DNA from: Endomicrobiales bacterium | GTDB taxonomy: Bacteria > Elusimicrobiota > Endomicrobiia > Endomicrobiales > CAWCFT01 | Length of the DNA stretch: 64,000 nt | Direction of reading: 5' to 3' | NCBI GenBank assembly: GCA_963794945.1 | Contig: CAWCFT010000013.1 | Location: 10,606-74,605, forward strand | Shown here: one piece after another, positions 10,311-20,519 of the stretch | Layout: each line of letters starts with the position of its first letter | Numbering within the stretch: the stretch's first letter is position 1 | Translations under genes and position numbers: made by a program | The notes under the pieces: model-generated | Databases searched by the model: none | The model's input: the letters and a program-made list of their open reading frames with translations, nothing else | What the model was told of the DNA's origin: nothing

Positions 10311-10508
10311 GCCAGGGGTACATGAGCATTGTCAAGGGGATAGAAAGAGAAAATGGAATGGCCACTTTCCTTTGGATATCTTCGCGGTGTTGCGATGACA
10401 TGCGCAGCTATCAATTAGGTTGCGCTACAACGCCCTGCCCATTGGGGCGGGGAAGTTTAAAGTTAGTAATTTATCACTATGCAAAAAGCTCATTTAATGA
10501 GGTTTGAG

Positions 10509-11130
10509 ATGCAAAGAAAACTTTTAATAGTAGTAGCAATGAATATTATTTTCACGCAAATGCTTTTTTCTGATATGCCTATGGGCAGTGGCATGGGAGG
10601 ACAAGGGATGAACGGCCAGGAAATTGGTGGTGGTAGTCCTCGCCAAGGCGGAGGCCGGCACGACAGTAGCAGCTCCCAGGACAAAAAGCAGCCATTTGTA
10701 GTTTTTGTCAGCACAAATAATGTGGAAGATTTATTGTCATTCGCAAATAAAGTTGGTTTGACGAGCCAGCAGATCATCTCAATACATATGATCAATGCTG
10801 ACGCTCAACAGGACGCAGTTGATAAGTCCAAAAATGTGCTTACGTGTCAGATGGAGTTCAACAAAAGCCTTGCTCAGATAAAGCCGGACTTTGTCTATAT
10901 CCATGCCATGTTAAAAGCACTGGTTGATGCAGAGGCTATCGTACAGGCAGTACCTATAGATGCCTACGAAAAAGCTTACGCGTTGCTTACAGAACGACCA
11001 GAAGACAAAGTTGACATTTTTCCGCGCGGTACGACAGCAAGAAATTGACAATGCAGCCTCGGCTGCCGCACAAGAAAACGAGCAGAAATCAGCTCCGTCT
11101 TCCAGCAGCTCAGGGGGAGCGGCACTTTGA
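10509..11130 (+). CDS. Spy/CpxP-like periplasmic protein, frameshift near 10990
   Basis: Signal-like N-terminus, Gly/Met-rich linker, VGLTSQQ motif. The shifted frame restores LLT-x-DQKTKL, a second LTxxQ-like motif, and ends at TGA 11130. Confidence 0.55.
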
Positions 11131-11560
11131 TCGGAAGTCCTTCCAACAACGGCCCGGCAATGCTAAGCCATTAATTGTAATGGGTGAAAATGTTCGTGCT
11201 AACACGTTTCATTAAGCCGCGGCCAATATTTATAAACACACTGATAATTCAATAATTATTAACAAACTCACCGCTTACTGGTCGGAAAATCATCAAAGAC
11301 GATATAAATATTGTATTTTGTGCCAATATATACTATATATAGGTACGCTGTTTGCCAATCCTAATATTGTTTTGTCAGGGACAGTATAATTCTGATATAT
11401 ATATACTCGTTAATTTAATAATATTGCATAAGATGGAAATTGGCATGGGAAACTATTTGTATGTTGATATTGTCTAAAATTTTGCAGAGTTTTTCATTGC
11501 TAAACTATAAGTTCAAAAGTTCCTAATATAAAAATTTATTCATAATATAAGAGAAAGAGA

Positions 11561-12475
11561 ATGCTAAAAAAATTTATATTTATTACGGCAGTGTTGTGCG
11601 CGCATGCGGCGCCTGGTTTCTCGGCAAGCCAGGGTACATCTGGCGCACAGTTCCTTCAGATTGTAACATCTCCACGTGCGGCGGCGATGGGCAGCGCTTA
11701 TACGGCGCTCTGTGATGATGTTAACAGTATCGCTTTTAACCCTGCCGGCCTTGGTTTTTTACAATACAGGGAAATGGAATTGGTCCAGAACAACTGGATA
11801 CAGAGTATTAGCAACCAGTATGCCGCCGTTGCCATTCCATCAAAATCATTCGGCACGCTGGGGCTTGAAGTTGACATGCTGTCAGTTACCGGCCTGGTGC
11901 GGACTGACAACTTTGGAAATGCTGACGGGACAAAGTTCGGGTCGTCTGATATATCGTATGGACTGGCATACGCAAAGTCTTTCGGAGACAGGTTCAGTGC
12001 AGGGTTTAAGGTTAAAATGATAAATGAAACTATTGATAATGCCCAGGCATCCGGCTCCGCTCTGGACCTCGGAGTGCTGTACAGAGTGGCATCGAATTTC
12101 GATATCGGCATTGCGGAACAGAACATAGGTTCAGGAATCGAGTTCATCAGCGAGAGCGACCCGCTGCCCACTACATTAAAAGCAGGCATAGCTTACAGGC
12201 CTCTTGATAATATGGTCTGTGCTCTTGATCTTAATCAACCAAACGACAGCGATATGTACGAGTGTGTGGGCGCTGAATATGTTTTTGTGTACGATAGGAA
12301 TCTGGAATTCCCAGTGCGTTTAGGTTACAGAACCGGGTACGACACAGGTGACCTGTCGGGTTTCAGTCTTGGCGCGGGTGTGCTGTATAATAATTTACTA
12401 AAAGTTGACCTCGCTTGGGTCCCGATGGGTATACTGGGTGATTCGATGCAGTTAGGATTGGGGATAAAATTCTAA
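11561..12475 (+). CDS. PorV/PorQ-family outer-membrane beta-barrel
   Basis: Signal peptide; QFL..SPRAAAMGSAYTA..D..SIAFNPAGL signature; alternating beta strands; C-terminal Phe. Confidence 0.8.
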   Translation: MLKKFIFITAVLCAHAAPGFSASQGTSGAQFLQIVTSPRAAAMGSAYTALCDDVNSIAFNPAGLGFLQYREMELVQNNWIQSISNQYAAVAIPSKSFGTLGLEVDMLSVTGLVRTDNFGNADGTKFGSSDISYGLAYAKSFGDRFSAGFKVKMINETIDNAQASGSALDLGVLYRVASNFDIGIAEQNIGSGIEFISESDPLPTTLKAGIAYRPLDNMVCALDLNQPNDSDMYECVGAEYVFVYDRNLEFPVRLGYRTGYDTGDLSGFSLGAGVLYNNLLKVDLAWVPMGILGDSMQLGLGIKF

Positions 12476-12516
12476 AGCACATATAAACATGTTCGGAAGT
12501 TTATAAGGGTAATTGA

Positions 12517-14215
12517 ATGAAACCGATAATTCGCAAAATAATATTTCTCTTGGCTGTTATGATTGCCGTTAGTGGTATTTCTTTCGCTGTTCCCAGCAAA
12601 GACGGTAAGCATCCGGGGCCGAAAGAAGCCGTTAGGCCAAGAGAGGTCGTCCAGGTTTATGACGCGAAAACTAAAACCATGCGCGCGATACGTAAAAGCG
12701 GCGTAATAAAGATTGCAGTGATACCGGTCAACTTTGTTTCAGCGGGGCCTTCAAATTCCGGATCTTACACTTTAACAAATCGGAATCTATTGGATATGGC
12801 AACTAACCTGGCGTACCTTAAGAATTTTTATAATGAAGCTGCTTACGGTACCGTGATTGCCTCATTTACAGTTGTTTTTAGCACATTTCAACAAACAAGT
12901 CTGCAACAGGTAAATGGCAGTGAAATGTGTGTTACTCTAAGCACACCAATGGCATGGTACGGGGCCGTTAATAATTATTCAGTTGAAGGCTCTAATGGTG
13001 GGCAGGATGTGCTTATACAAGACGCGGTATCATACACCGGCGTGGGTTCAGCAAATTTTGATACAGTTATAGTATTGCATGCTGGTTACGGCAATGAATC
13101 AACAGCCGGTGGTTCACAAACAAACCCAACAAATCCGGGCGATATATGGTCTGTGCAGGTTGAGTTCGGCGGTTCAAATCCCAAAGCGAACGGTTTTAGT
13201 TACGGCATAGTTGTGCCTTCAATGGAATTCCCTGATCAATACAATGACCCGACGTACCCATCCAGCGAATGGACAAGTCCTCGTGGCGTTTGCTGTCATG
13301 AGTTCGGCCATTATCTTGGCCTTCCTGACATGTATAATACCAATAGCGGAAATTCCGTGGTTGGCGAGTGGTGCCTGATGGATGACGGCTGTTGGTTAAA
13401 TAACGGTTACAGCCCTAACCATCCATGCGTATGGTGCAAAAACTATCTCGGGCTTGTGAATCCACAAGTAATTACTTCTAATCAACAAGTATCAGGGATA
13501 GCGCCGGTTGAAACGTCTCCTTTAAACGTGTATCAGTTCAATGTACCAAACGCTACGAGCGAGTATTTCACGGTATGTTTCACGACCACTTCAGCTTACA
13601 ACCCTTATGATCCAGGCACTGGCGTTTTGATATGGCACGTGGATGAAGGAGTGATAAATGGTGAAACTTTTACGTATAGGATGACCCAAAATGATATTAA
13701 CTGCTATACCCCATTGACCGCTACATTAGTGACAGCTGGTGGCGCAAAGATCGGTGATAGATATAGTTACTATGGAGGGCCTGGTGACCCGTGGCCAGGG
13801 ACTAAAACAACATTTGCTGCTCCGGATTCAAATTCCTACGGCGGGTATGCTTCCGGAATAACCATATCTAACTTCCTGCTTTCTCCTACAGCGGCAAGCT
13901 TTTATGCGGCTGTTTCTAATTCAACAAGCCGGTTGGCGGTATCGGCGGCCAGCGCCGCGTGTTTATCCGAACCCGTTCAAACCGTCTGTTGATCATAATG
14001 GCATAACTTTTGATAACCTGGACACGGGTTCTAAGATCAGGATTTTCAGTATAACCGGAGAACTTGTTCGCGAGCTTACGGACGCCGGCGATGTCGGAAT
14101 TATAAACTGGGACGCGAAAAACGATTCCGGTAATATGCTCGCGAGCGGCGTGTACATTGCTTATATAGAAGGTTCTTCCGGCAAAACGATATTAAAATTC
14201 GCGATGATCAAATAA
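12517..14215 (+). CDS. M6-family (immune inhibitor A-like) metalloprotease with T9SS type A / FlgD-Ig-like C-terminal domain, frameshift near 13945
   Basis: HAGYG, HEFGHYLGLPDMY, WCLMD.G, GVLIWHVDE. Downstream frame has VYPNPF..IFSITGELVREL..WDAKND.G..LASGVY..KFAMIK. Confidence 0.8.
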
Positions 14216-14337
14216 ATACATTTATCGTTCCACACCACCTATATCACCGCATTCCATCGGCGCCATCCAGCCAGTTTCACGGACAACCAACGTGCGTACC
14301 AAAAGTCAGTAAATTGTTCTCCTAACGCAGTAATTTA

Positions 14338-14346
14338 TGATATAAT
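14338..14346 (+). promoter_or_regulatory. Extended -10 promoter element upstream of iscU
   Basis: TG-A-TATAAT about 85 nt before the iscU start. Confidence 0.4.
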
Positions 14347-14429
14347 AAATAAGGTAGCGCGCGTATGAGTTGCTGCCATTAACAGGTTTTAGATCCACAT
14401 TATGAGGATACGGAATTAAAGGAGAGAGT

Positions 14430-14813
14430 ATGCCATTCTATTCAGAAAAAGTCATGGACCATTTCTCAAATCCCAGGAACGTCGGCGAGATAAAGGACGC
14501 GGACGGCGTAGGCGAGGTTGGTAACCCCGTTTGCGGAGACATGATGACATTCTACGTCAAGGTCAAAGACAACAAACTTGAGGATGTAAAATTCAAGACA
14601 TTCGGCTGCGGCGCGGCGATTGCCGTGTCTTCCATGGTATCCGACATGGCGAAAGGCAAAACCATTGAAGAAGCCATGAAGATAACCAACGATAGTGTTG
14701 CCAAAGAGCTCGGAGGCCTTCCTCCGAATAAGATGCACTGCTCGAACCTAGGCGCGGATGCCCTCCATAAGGCTATAGAGAACTACCTCGGCAAAAATGA
14801 GAGGCCAAAATGA
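14430..14813 (+). CDS. iscU: Fe-S cluster scaffold protein IscU/NifU
   Basis: YSEKVMDHF.NPRN, NPVCGD, KTFGCGAAIA, KMHCS. Confidence 0.95.
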   Translation: MPFYSEKVMDHFSNPRNVGEIKDADGVGEVGNPVCGDMMTFYVKVKDNKLEDVKFKTFGCGAAIAVSSMVSDMAKGKTIEEAMKITNDSVAKELGGLPPNKMHCSNLGADALHKAIENYLGKNERPK

Positions 14814-14995
14814 AGAATAAAGAACCGAAACGGTCGAAGTGCGGGTGCTCGTTTTGTGAGGAAGAGCTTAAGGACGGCTGTATGGAACCAGCGTTCTGCA
14901 CGCCCTGCGAAGTCGTTTTCGTTAAATGTAAAAAGTGCGGCGCCAAGATAAGCGATAAAGTGAAAAAGTGCGCCAATTGCGGGAGCAATCAATGA
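14810..14995 (+). CDS. Small Cys-rich (zinc-ribbon-like) protein
   Basis: 10 Cys in 61 aa, four CxxC pairs; ATGA overlaps with both neighbours. Confidence 0.7.
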   Translation: MKNKEPKRSKCGCSFCEEELKDGCMEPAFCTPCEVVFVKCKKCGAKISDKVKKCANCGSNQ

Positions 14996-15219
14996 TTCCC
15001 GGCAAGACTCTGGACTGCACTGGGCTCTTCTGCCCCATGCCCATAGTCAAGACCAAGATGGAGATCGAGAACATGAATTCCGGAGACATCCTGGAGATAA
15101 TCGCTGATGACCCGGGTTTTTTAAAGGACCTTCCGGTCTGGAGCGAGATGACCGGCAATCAGATGATCGAGATAAAAAAGGAAGGCTCACTCATCAAGGG
15201 GTACGTAAAGAAAAAATGA
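14992..15219 (+). CDS. TusA/SirA-family sulfur carrier
   Basis: LDCTGLFCPMP motif, DDPG. Confidence 0.9.
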   Translation: MIPGKTLDCTGLFCPMPIVKTKMEIENMNSGDILEIIADDPGFLKDLPVWSEMTGNQMIEIKKEGSLIKGYVKKK

Positions 15220-15247
15220 AATAATAGAACGATATCTGGAGGCACAA

Positions 15248-16432
15248 ATGTCCGCGATAAAAGTAGTGGAAAATATATACTGGGTCGGGGCCGTTGACTG
15301 GAACATCAGGAAATTTCACGGCAATACTTACGGCACCAGAAGAGGTAGCAGTTATAACGCCTATCTAATCATCGACGACCAGGTGACACTTGTTGACACC
15401 GTCTACGCGCCCTTCTCTAAAGAACTCATAAACAACATCAAAGAAATAGTTGATCCCGCCAAAATAGTTAACATTGTCATGAACCACGTTGAGACAGACC
15501 ATTCCGGAGCGCTCCAGGAGATACTAAAGCTCTGCCCTAAAGCCAAAGTCTATGGGACTGAAAAGTGTAAAGAGGGGCTCTACAGGATGTATTACGTCGA
15601 CATGGATTTCCACGTGGTCAAGACCGGCGACACTTTAAAGACGGGCAAAAAGACGCTGAGCTTCATAGAGGCCGCCATGATCCACTGGCCCGACAGCATG
15701 TTCACCTATATTAAAGAAGACGAGCTCTTGATGCCTAACGACGCCTTCGGCCAGCACATAGCCACTAGCAGCCACTTTGACGATGAGGTGGACAAGTGCG
15801 CTCTGATGGACGAAGCCCTGAAATATTACGCGAATATTCTTTGGCCGCTGGGCCAGATTATACTTAGAAAGATCGAAGAAATAGTCGCTTCGAAGATATC
15901 GATTAAAATAATAGCTCCCAGCCACGGAGTGATATGGCGCAAGGCGCCAGGCGACATAATTAATGCCTACGTGCACTGGGCAAAGAATGAACCAAAGAAA
16001 AAAGTTGTAATAGCTTATGAAACCATGTGGGGCGCTACCGAGAAAATGGCGCTTAGCATCGCAAAGGGCCTCATAGACAGCGGAGTAGAAACTTTTGTGT
16101 ACGACGTGGCGAAGTCCGATCACACGGAGGTCGTAGCGCAGATGTTGGAGGCGAAGGGGCTGTTGCTTGGCTCCTCGACGCATGATAACGATATGCTGCC
16201 GACTATGGCAGGGTTCATGGAATTTCTAAAGGGGCTCAAACCCAAAGGAAGGTCTGTGGCGGTGTTCGGGTCTTACGGTTGGGCTGGTGGGGCAGTAAAA
16301 GAGATAGAAGAAGTAGTTAAGCTCTCTGGGGCGACGCTAGTCATGCCGCCTATATCGGCCAAGTTCATGCCGGACGAGGCAGATATAAAGAAGTGCTATG
16401 AGTTTGGCAAGGCTTTTGCTGAAAAACTGTAA
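15248..16432 (+). CDS. fprA: Flavodiiron protein FprA
   Basis: NHVETDHSG, HWPDSM, DAFG, PSHG; C-terminal flavodoxin domain (FGSYGWAGGA). Confidence 0.93.
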   Translation: MSAIKVVENIYWVGAVDWNIRKFHGNTYGTRRGSSYNAYLIIDDQVTLVDTVYAPFSKELINNIKEIVDPAKIVNIVMNHVETDHSGALQEILKLCPKAKVYGTEKCKEGLYRMYYVDMDFHVVKTGDTLKTGKKTLSFIEAAMIHWPDSMFTYIKEDELLMPNDAFGQHIATSSHFDDEVDKCALMDEALKYYANILWPLGQIILRKIEEIVASKISIKIIAPSHGVIWRKAPGDIINAYVHWAKNEPKKKVVIAYETMWGATEKMALSIAKGLIDSGVETFVYDVAKSDHTEVVAQMLEAKGLLLGSSTHDNDMLPTMAGFMEFLKGLKPKGRSVAVFGSYGWAGGAVKEIEEVVKLSGATLVMPPISAKFMPDEADIKKCYEFGKAFAEKL

Positions 16433-16531
16433 GTTATTTTACATATCTGACAGAAAATATTTTAAATTGTAAACCAAAGAAAAGTAAATGGCTGTCTAAC
16501 GGGCGGCTTGCCTAAACGGCGGGAGGATCAC

Positions 16532-16975
16532 ATGAAAGGTTTTGTATGCGGTGTTTGCGGTTTTGTTTCGATTGATGGTTCTGCTCCGGACAATTGTCCG
16601 GTATGCGGAGCTCCTAAAAGCCAGTTCACTGAAAAACAGGATGCATTGAAAACGGCAAAAGACGTGGCAAACATAGGCGAATCAGAAAAAAAACATATTC
16701 CCCAGATAACTGTAAGCAAAAAGTGCGGGCTCGTACCTGCCGGTTGCGTAGACGTATCGGTCAAGGTTGGAGAGATAGTACATCCTATGCTGCCGGAACA
16801 CTTCATAATGCACATAGATTTTTATATAGATAACAAATATGTTTCCAGGGTCATGCTGACGCCGGTTGCCCTAAACCCGGCAGCAACGATACACCTCAAG
16901 GGCACGGGCTCGAAAGTGCAGGCGGTTGAAGTTTGCAACGTGCACGGGGCTTGGTTCAATGAGGCCAGTTTATAG
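16532..16975 (+). CDS. Rubredoxin-domain superoxide reductase (desulfoferrodoxin-like)
   Basis: CGVC..CPVC N-terminus; EKKH, HPM..EH, CNVHG ligands; GGAGG RBS. Confidence 0.88.
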   Translation: MKGFVCGVCGFVSIDGSAPDNCPVCGAPKSQFTEKQDALKTAKDVANIGESEKKHIPQITVSKKCGLVPAGCVDVSVKVGEIVHPMLPEHFIMHIDFYIDNKYVSRVMLTPVALNPAATIHLKGTGSKVQAVEVCNVHGAWFNEASL

Positions 16976-17013
16976 AGGCGTGTTATATCGCATGACTTTG
17001 AGAGGGCCAATTA

Positions 17014-18735
17014 GTGAAAACACTTAAAGGCATTTCGGCCCAGGGCGGAATCGCTAAGGGTTTGATTTGCTTGTACTCTACCATAGCGGAAGAATCAATA
17101 CCTCACTACGCAATAACTCCAGAACAGATTGAGCAAGAGTTGCAAAAGCTCAAACAGGCGTTTGACAGCGCTAAAGGCGAGATGCGCCGCATGATCAGTG
17201 TCGCTGAGCAGAACGGCGACAAAGATGCCGTAGACATTTTCAATACTCATCTGCTGATGCTGAACGACGAGGCCCTTTACAAGAAGATTTCCGGCCTCAT
17301 CGAGTCGCGGTTCATAAATGCCGAACATGCCGTAAGCGATATTTTTGAGGGCTACATAAAGAAGTACGAGGCCGAAGAGGGCCATTTCAAGGAACTGACT
17401 CACGATTTCATCGATACAAGGAACAGAGTCCTGAGCGGGTTCAAGATAGAGACAGGAAAATTCCAGTGCGATGTAGGTGAGACACAGCCGGTGATAGTGG
17501 CGGCCAAACGGCTGACCCCTTCGATGGTGCTGAGCATAGAAAAAGGCAACGCGCTCGCCTTCGTAACGGAAGAAGGCGGCTTTACGAGCCACGCGACAAT
17601 AATAGCCCGGTCATATGGCGTCCCGATAGTTTTCGGTGTAAAAGTGGAAGATGAGCTTGAGTGCGGGTTGCAGGCTGTCGTGGACGGTTCCGGCGGCAAG
17701 ATAATAATAGCGCCTGATGAAGAGACGACGAAATATTATGATCTCAAGATGGAGAAGATAAAGCAGAAGCAGTTGTCTTGCAGTATTAAGAAACACAGTG
17801 CTGCCGAAACAAAAAGCGGCCAGCGCATTTCACTTAAGCTTAATATTACCACTCCCGACGAGCTCGCGCTGGCGTCGGGCATGCCGCACGACGGCGTTGG
17901 GCTTTTGAGGACGGAGTTCCTCTTCATGGGGCGAGATCAGGCCCCAACGGAAGATGAACAGTACGATATGTATTCCAAGGTTTTTGCCGAGATCAAGGAC
18001 AAGGACATCACGGTCAGGCTCCTTGATATCAGCACGGACAAGGTCCCTCCGTTCCTTAAACTCCCGGAAGGGATGAATGCCGACATGGAACTCCGCGGTG
18101 CGATGGCCGTTGATACCTACCCGGAACTATATATTACACAGGTGAAAGCGCTGCTTCGGGCCAACGTTTGGGAGAACATGCGTCTTCTGTTCCCGATGGT
18201 CTCTGATCGGTCAGACCTTAGTACTTTCCGTGATATAGTACAGGAAGCAAGAACACGGCTAAAGAAGGAAAAGGTCAATATATACCAGGGAGCGATAAAA
18301 GAAGGTATAATGATCGAGACGCCAGCCGCGGTGATGATGGCGGAAGATCTCTCAAATAATGTAGATTTTATAAATATAGGTTCCAACGACTTGCTGGCTT
18401 ATACGCTGGCAGCTTCTCGCGGCAGCATGGTATCAGAGAAACGGTACCACATCCTTCATCCCGCGCTGGTCAAGATGCTGGAGAGAATAGCCCGGGCCGG
18501 AAAAGCCGCGAATAAAGAGGTTTGCCTGTGCGGGGAGATAGCGTCATTTGAAGAATATTATCCGGTGCTGCTCGAAGCCGGGCTTGAATCTTTCAGTGTT
18601 TCGGTCTCCAAATTCCCGGACATAAAATGCCAGCTTATGCACGTTAAAAAGACAAGCTCCAAGAGAGCCATCACGGGCCTCTACGGAACCCATTCAAAAC
18701 AGGAAGCGGACAGATATCTTTCTAAATATGTGTGA
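17014..18735 (+). CDS. ptsI: PEP-protein phosphotransferase (PTS enzyme I), divergent
   Basis: GGFTSHATIIAR (phospho-His), GVGLLRTEFLF, MIETPAA, IGSNDL, LCGE. Confidence 0.85.
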   Translation: MKTLKGISAQGGIAKGLICLYSTIAEESIPHYAITPEQIEQELQKLKQAFDSAKGEMRRMISVAEQNGDKDAVDIFNTHLLMLNDEALYKKISGLIESRFINAEHAVSDIFEGYIKKYEAEEGHFKELTHDFIDTRNRVLSGFKIETGKFQCDVGETQPVIVAAKRLTPSMVLSIEKGNALAFVTEEGGFTSHATIIARSYGVPIVFGVKVEDELECGLQAVVDGSGGKIIIAPDEETTKYYDLKMEKIKQKQLSCSIKKHSAAETKSGQRISLKLNITTPDELALASGMPHDGVGLLRTEFLFMGRDQAPTEDEQYDMYSKVFAEIKDKDITVRLLDISTDKVPPFLKLPEGMNADMELRGAMAVDTYPELYITQVKALLRANVWENMRLLFPMVSDRSDLSTFRDIVQEARTRLKKEKVNIYQGAIKEGIMIETPAAVMMAEDLSNNVDFINIGSNDLLAYTLAASRGSMVSEKRYHILHPALVKMLERIARAGKAANKEVCLCGEIASFEEYYPVLLEAGLESFSVSVSKFPDIKCQLMHVKKTSSKRAITGLYGTHSKQEADRYLSKYV

Positions 18736-18741
18736 GGCGAT

Positions 18742-18979
18742 ATGGCTAAAAAAGTAATAGTATATTCCACTTCGACTTGTGTCTATTGTTCCATGCTCAA
18801 AAGTTTTCTTACCGATAAAAAGGTTGAGTTCGTGAGCATTGACGTGGGCGCCGACAGAACAGGCTTTTCTTGAGATGAAAGAGAAGACCGGCCTCATGAG
18901 CGTTCCGGTGATCGACATTGACGGCAAGATCATAGCCGGTTTTGACAAGGAAGCTATAAGCAAAGAACTTGGCATTTGA
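18742..18979 (+). CDS. Glutaredoxin/NrdH-like protein, frameshift near 18858 (missing from the ORF track)
   Basis: MAKKVIVYSTSTCVYCSMLK..IDV, then the shifted frame EMKEKTGLMSVPVIDIDGKIIAGFD. Confidence 0.85.
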
Positions 18980-19006
18980 CAGTGTTAAAGGTATTATGGG
19001 GTATTT

Positions 19007-19915
19007 ATGCATGATTTGATAATAGTCGGGGCGGGGCCCGCGGGTATCACAGCGAGCATCTACGCGTCAAGGAAGGGGATGGATGTCCTTTTGATTTGCG
19101 GCGATCTCGGCGGCCAGCCGAACTGGATAGCATCGATCGAGAACTATACCGGATTCCAGCTTATAAAAGGCGCCGACCTGGCGGACAAGTTCAGGGAGCA
19201 TTTGAAACAGTTTGAAGTGGAAGTGATAAGCGGTGAGAGGGTTCTCTCTGCGGAGAAACAAGAGAGTTCGGCCAAGGTCAAAACGAACAAAGGCGAGTAC
19301 GAATCAAAAGCGCTCATAATCGCCACCGGAGGCAGGCACAGAAAGCTCGAAGTCGCCGGTGAAGACGAGTACCTGGGAAAAGGGGTGGCCTACTGCGCCA
19401 CGTGCGACGCCGCTCTTTTTAAAGATGCTGTCGTAGCTGTCGCCGGTGGTGGGAACGCGGCGCTGGACGCGTGTCTTCAGCTCGAAAAGATAGCGAAAAA
19501 GATTTATCTCATCAATGGTTCAGGCAGTTTTTTAGCGGACAAGATGCTTGTGGAAACAGTCCTCTCAAGCCCAAAAGTAAAAGTCTTCCTCGGCGATAAG
19601 ATAATAGAGATCATGGGCGATAAATTCGTTAACACCATAAGGATTGAACAGAATGGCAAGATCGAAGAGCTGGAAGTGGACGGCGTGTTCATAGAGATCG
19701 GGTCGATTCCATCGGCCGATTTCATAAAGAGCGTCGACAAAAATAAGTCCGGCGAAATAATCGTGAACTGCCGCTGCGAGACAAGCATTCCGGGGGTATT
19801 CGCGGCCGGTGATGTAACGGATGTCTCGGCAAAACAAATAATAGTGGCGTGCGGGGAAGGCGCGAAGGCCTCTTTCGGCATTCAATTATATTTCCAGAAA
19901 CTAAAAAACAAATAA
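19007..19915 (+). CDS. trxB: Thioredoxin reductase-like FAD oxidoreductase
   Basis: GAGPAG, CATCD, GGGNAA, TSIPGVFAAGD. Confidence 0.9.
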   Translation: MHDLIIVGAGPAGITASIYASRKGMDVLLICGDLGGQPNWIASIENYTGFQLIKGADLADKFREHLKQFEVEVISGERVLSAEKQESSAKVKTNKGEYESKALIIATGGRHRKLEVAGEDEYLGKGVAYCATCDAALFKDAVVAVAGGGNAALDACLQLEKIAKKIYLINGSGSFLADKMLVETVLSSPKVKVFLGDKIIEIMGDKFVNTIRIEQNGKIEELEVDGVFIEIGSIPSADFIKSVDKNKSGEIIVNCRCETSIPGVFAAGDVTDVSAKQIIVACGEGAKASFGIQLYFQKLKNK

Positions 19916-19925
19916 GGAGCGTAAA

Positions 19926-20500
19926 ATGAAAAGCATCAAGGGCACAAAGACCGAAAAGAACCTGCTCGCTTCGTTCGCAGGGGAATCCCAGGCCAGGAAC
20001 CGGTATACGTATTTTGCATCTGTAGCCAAGAAAGAGGGTTACGAGCAGATGTCCTGGATATTCACCGACACCGCCGATAACGAAAAAGAACATGCCAAGA
20101 GGTTTTTTAAGTTCCTTGAAGGCGGAATGGTAGAGATAACGTCTTCGTACCCTGCCGGCAAGATAGCCACTACCCTTGAAAACCTTATAGCTCCGCCGCT
20201 GGGGAGAACGAAGAACATACGAAGCTTTATCCCGGAGCAGCCGACGTGGCTGAGGAGGAAGGCTTTCCGGAGATAGCAAAAACATACAGGGAGATAGCTC
20301 ACGTTGAGGTCGGGCACGAAAAAAGATACCTGACACTCGCAGCTAACATAAAGAACGGAAAAGTGTTCAAGAAAGATAAGACCGTGAAATGGAGATGCAG
20401 GAACTGCGGCTATATTCACGAAGGTCCGGCTGCTCCTGAACAGTGCCCCGCGTGCCTGCATCCGACGGCATATTACGAACTGCTTTGCGAGAACTATTAA
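19926..20500 (+). CDS. rbr: Rubrerythrin, frameshift near 20195
   Basis: [18 protein letters not shown]-terminal [15 protein letters not shown]. Confidence 0.92.
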
Positions 20501-20519
20501 CATTAAGGGCGATCTGAAC

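Noticed and set aside
16465..16525. c-di-GMP-I riboswitch-like GTCTAA..GGCTTGCC upstream of the SOR gene
   Set aside because: The GAAA-tetraloop stem and GCAAA elements are absent.
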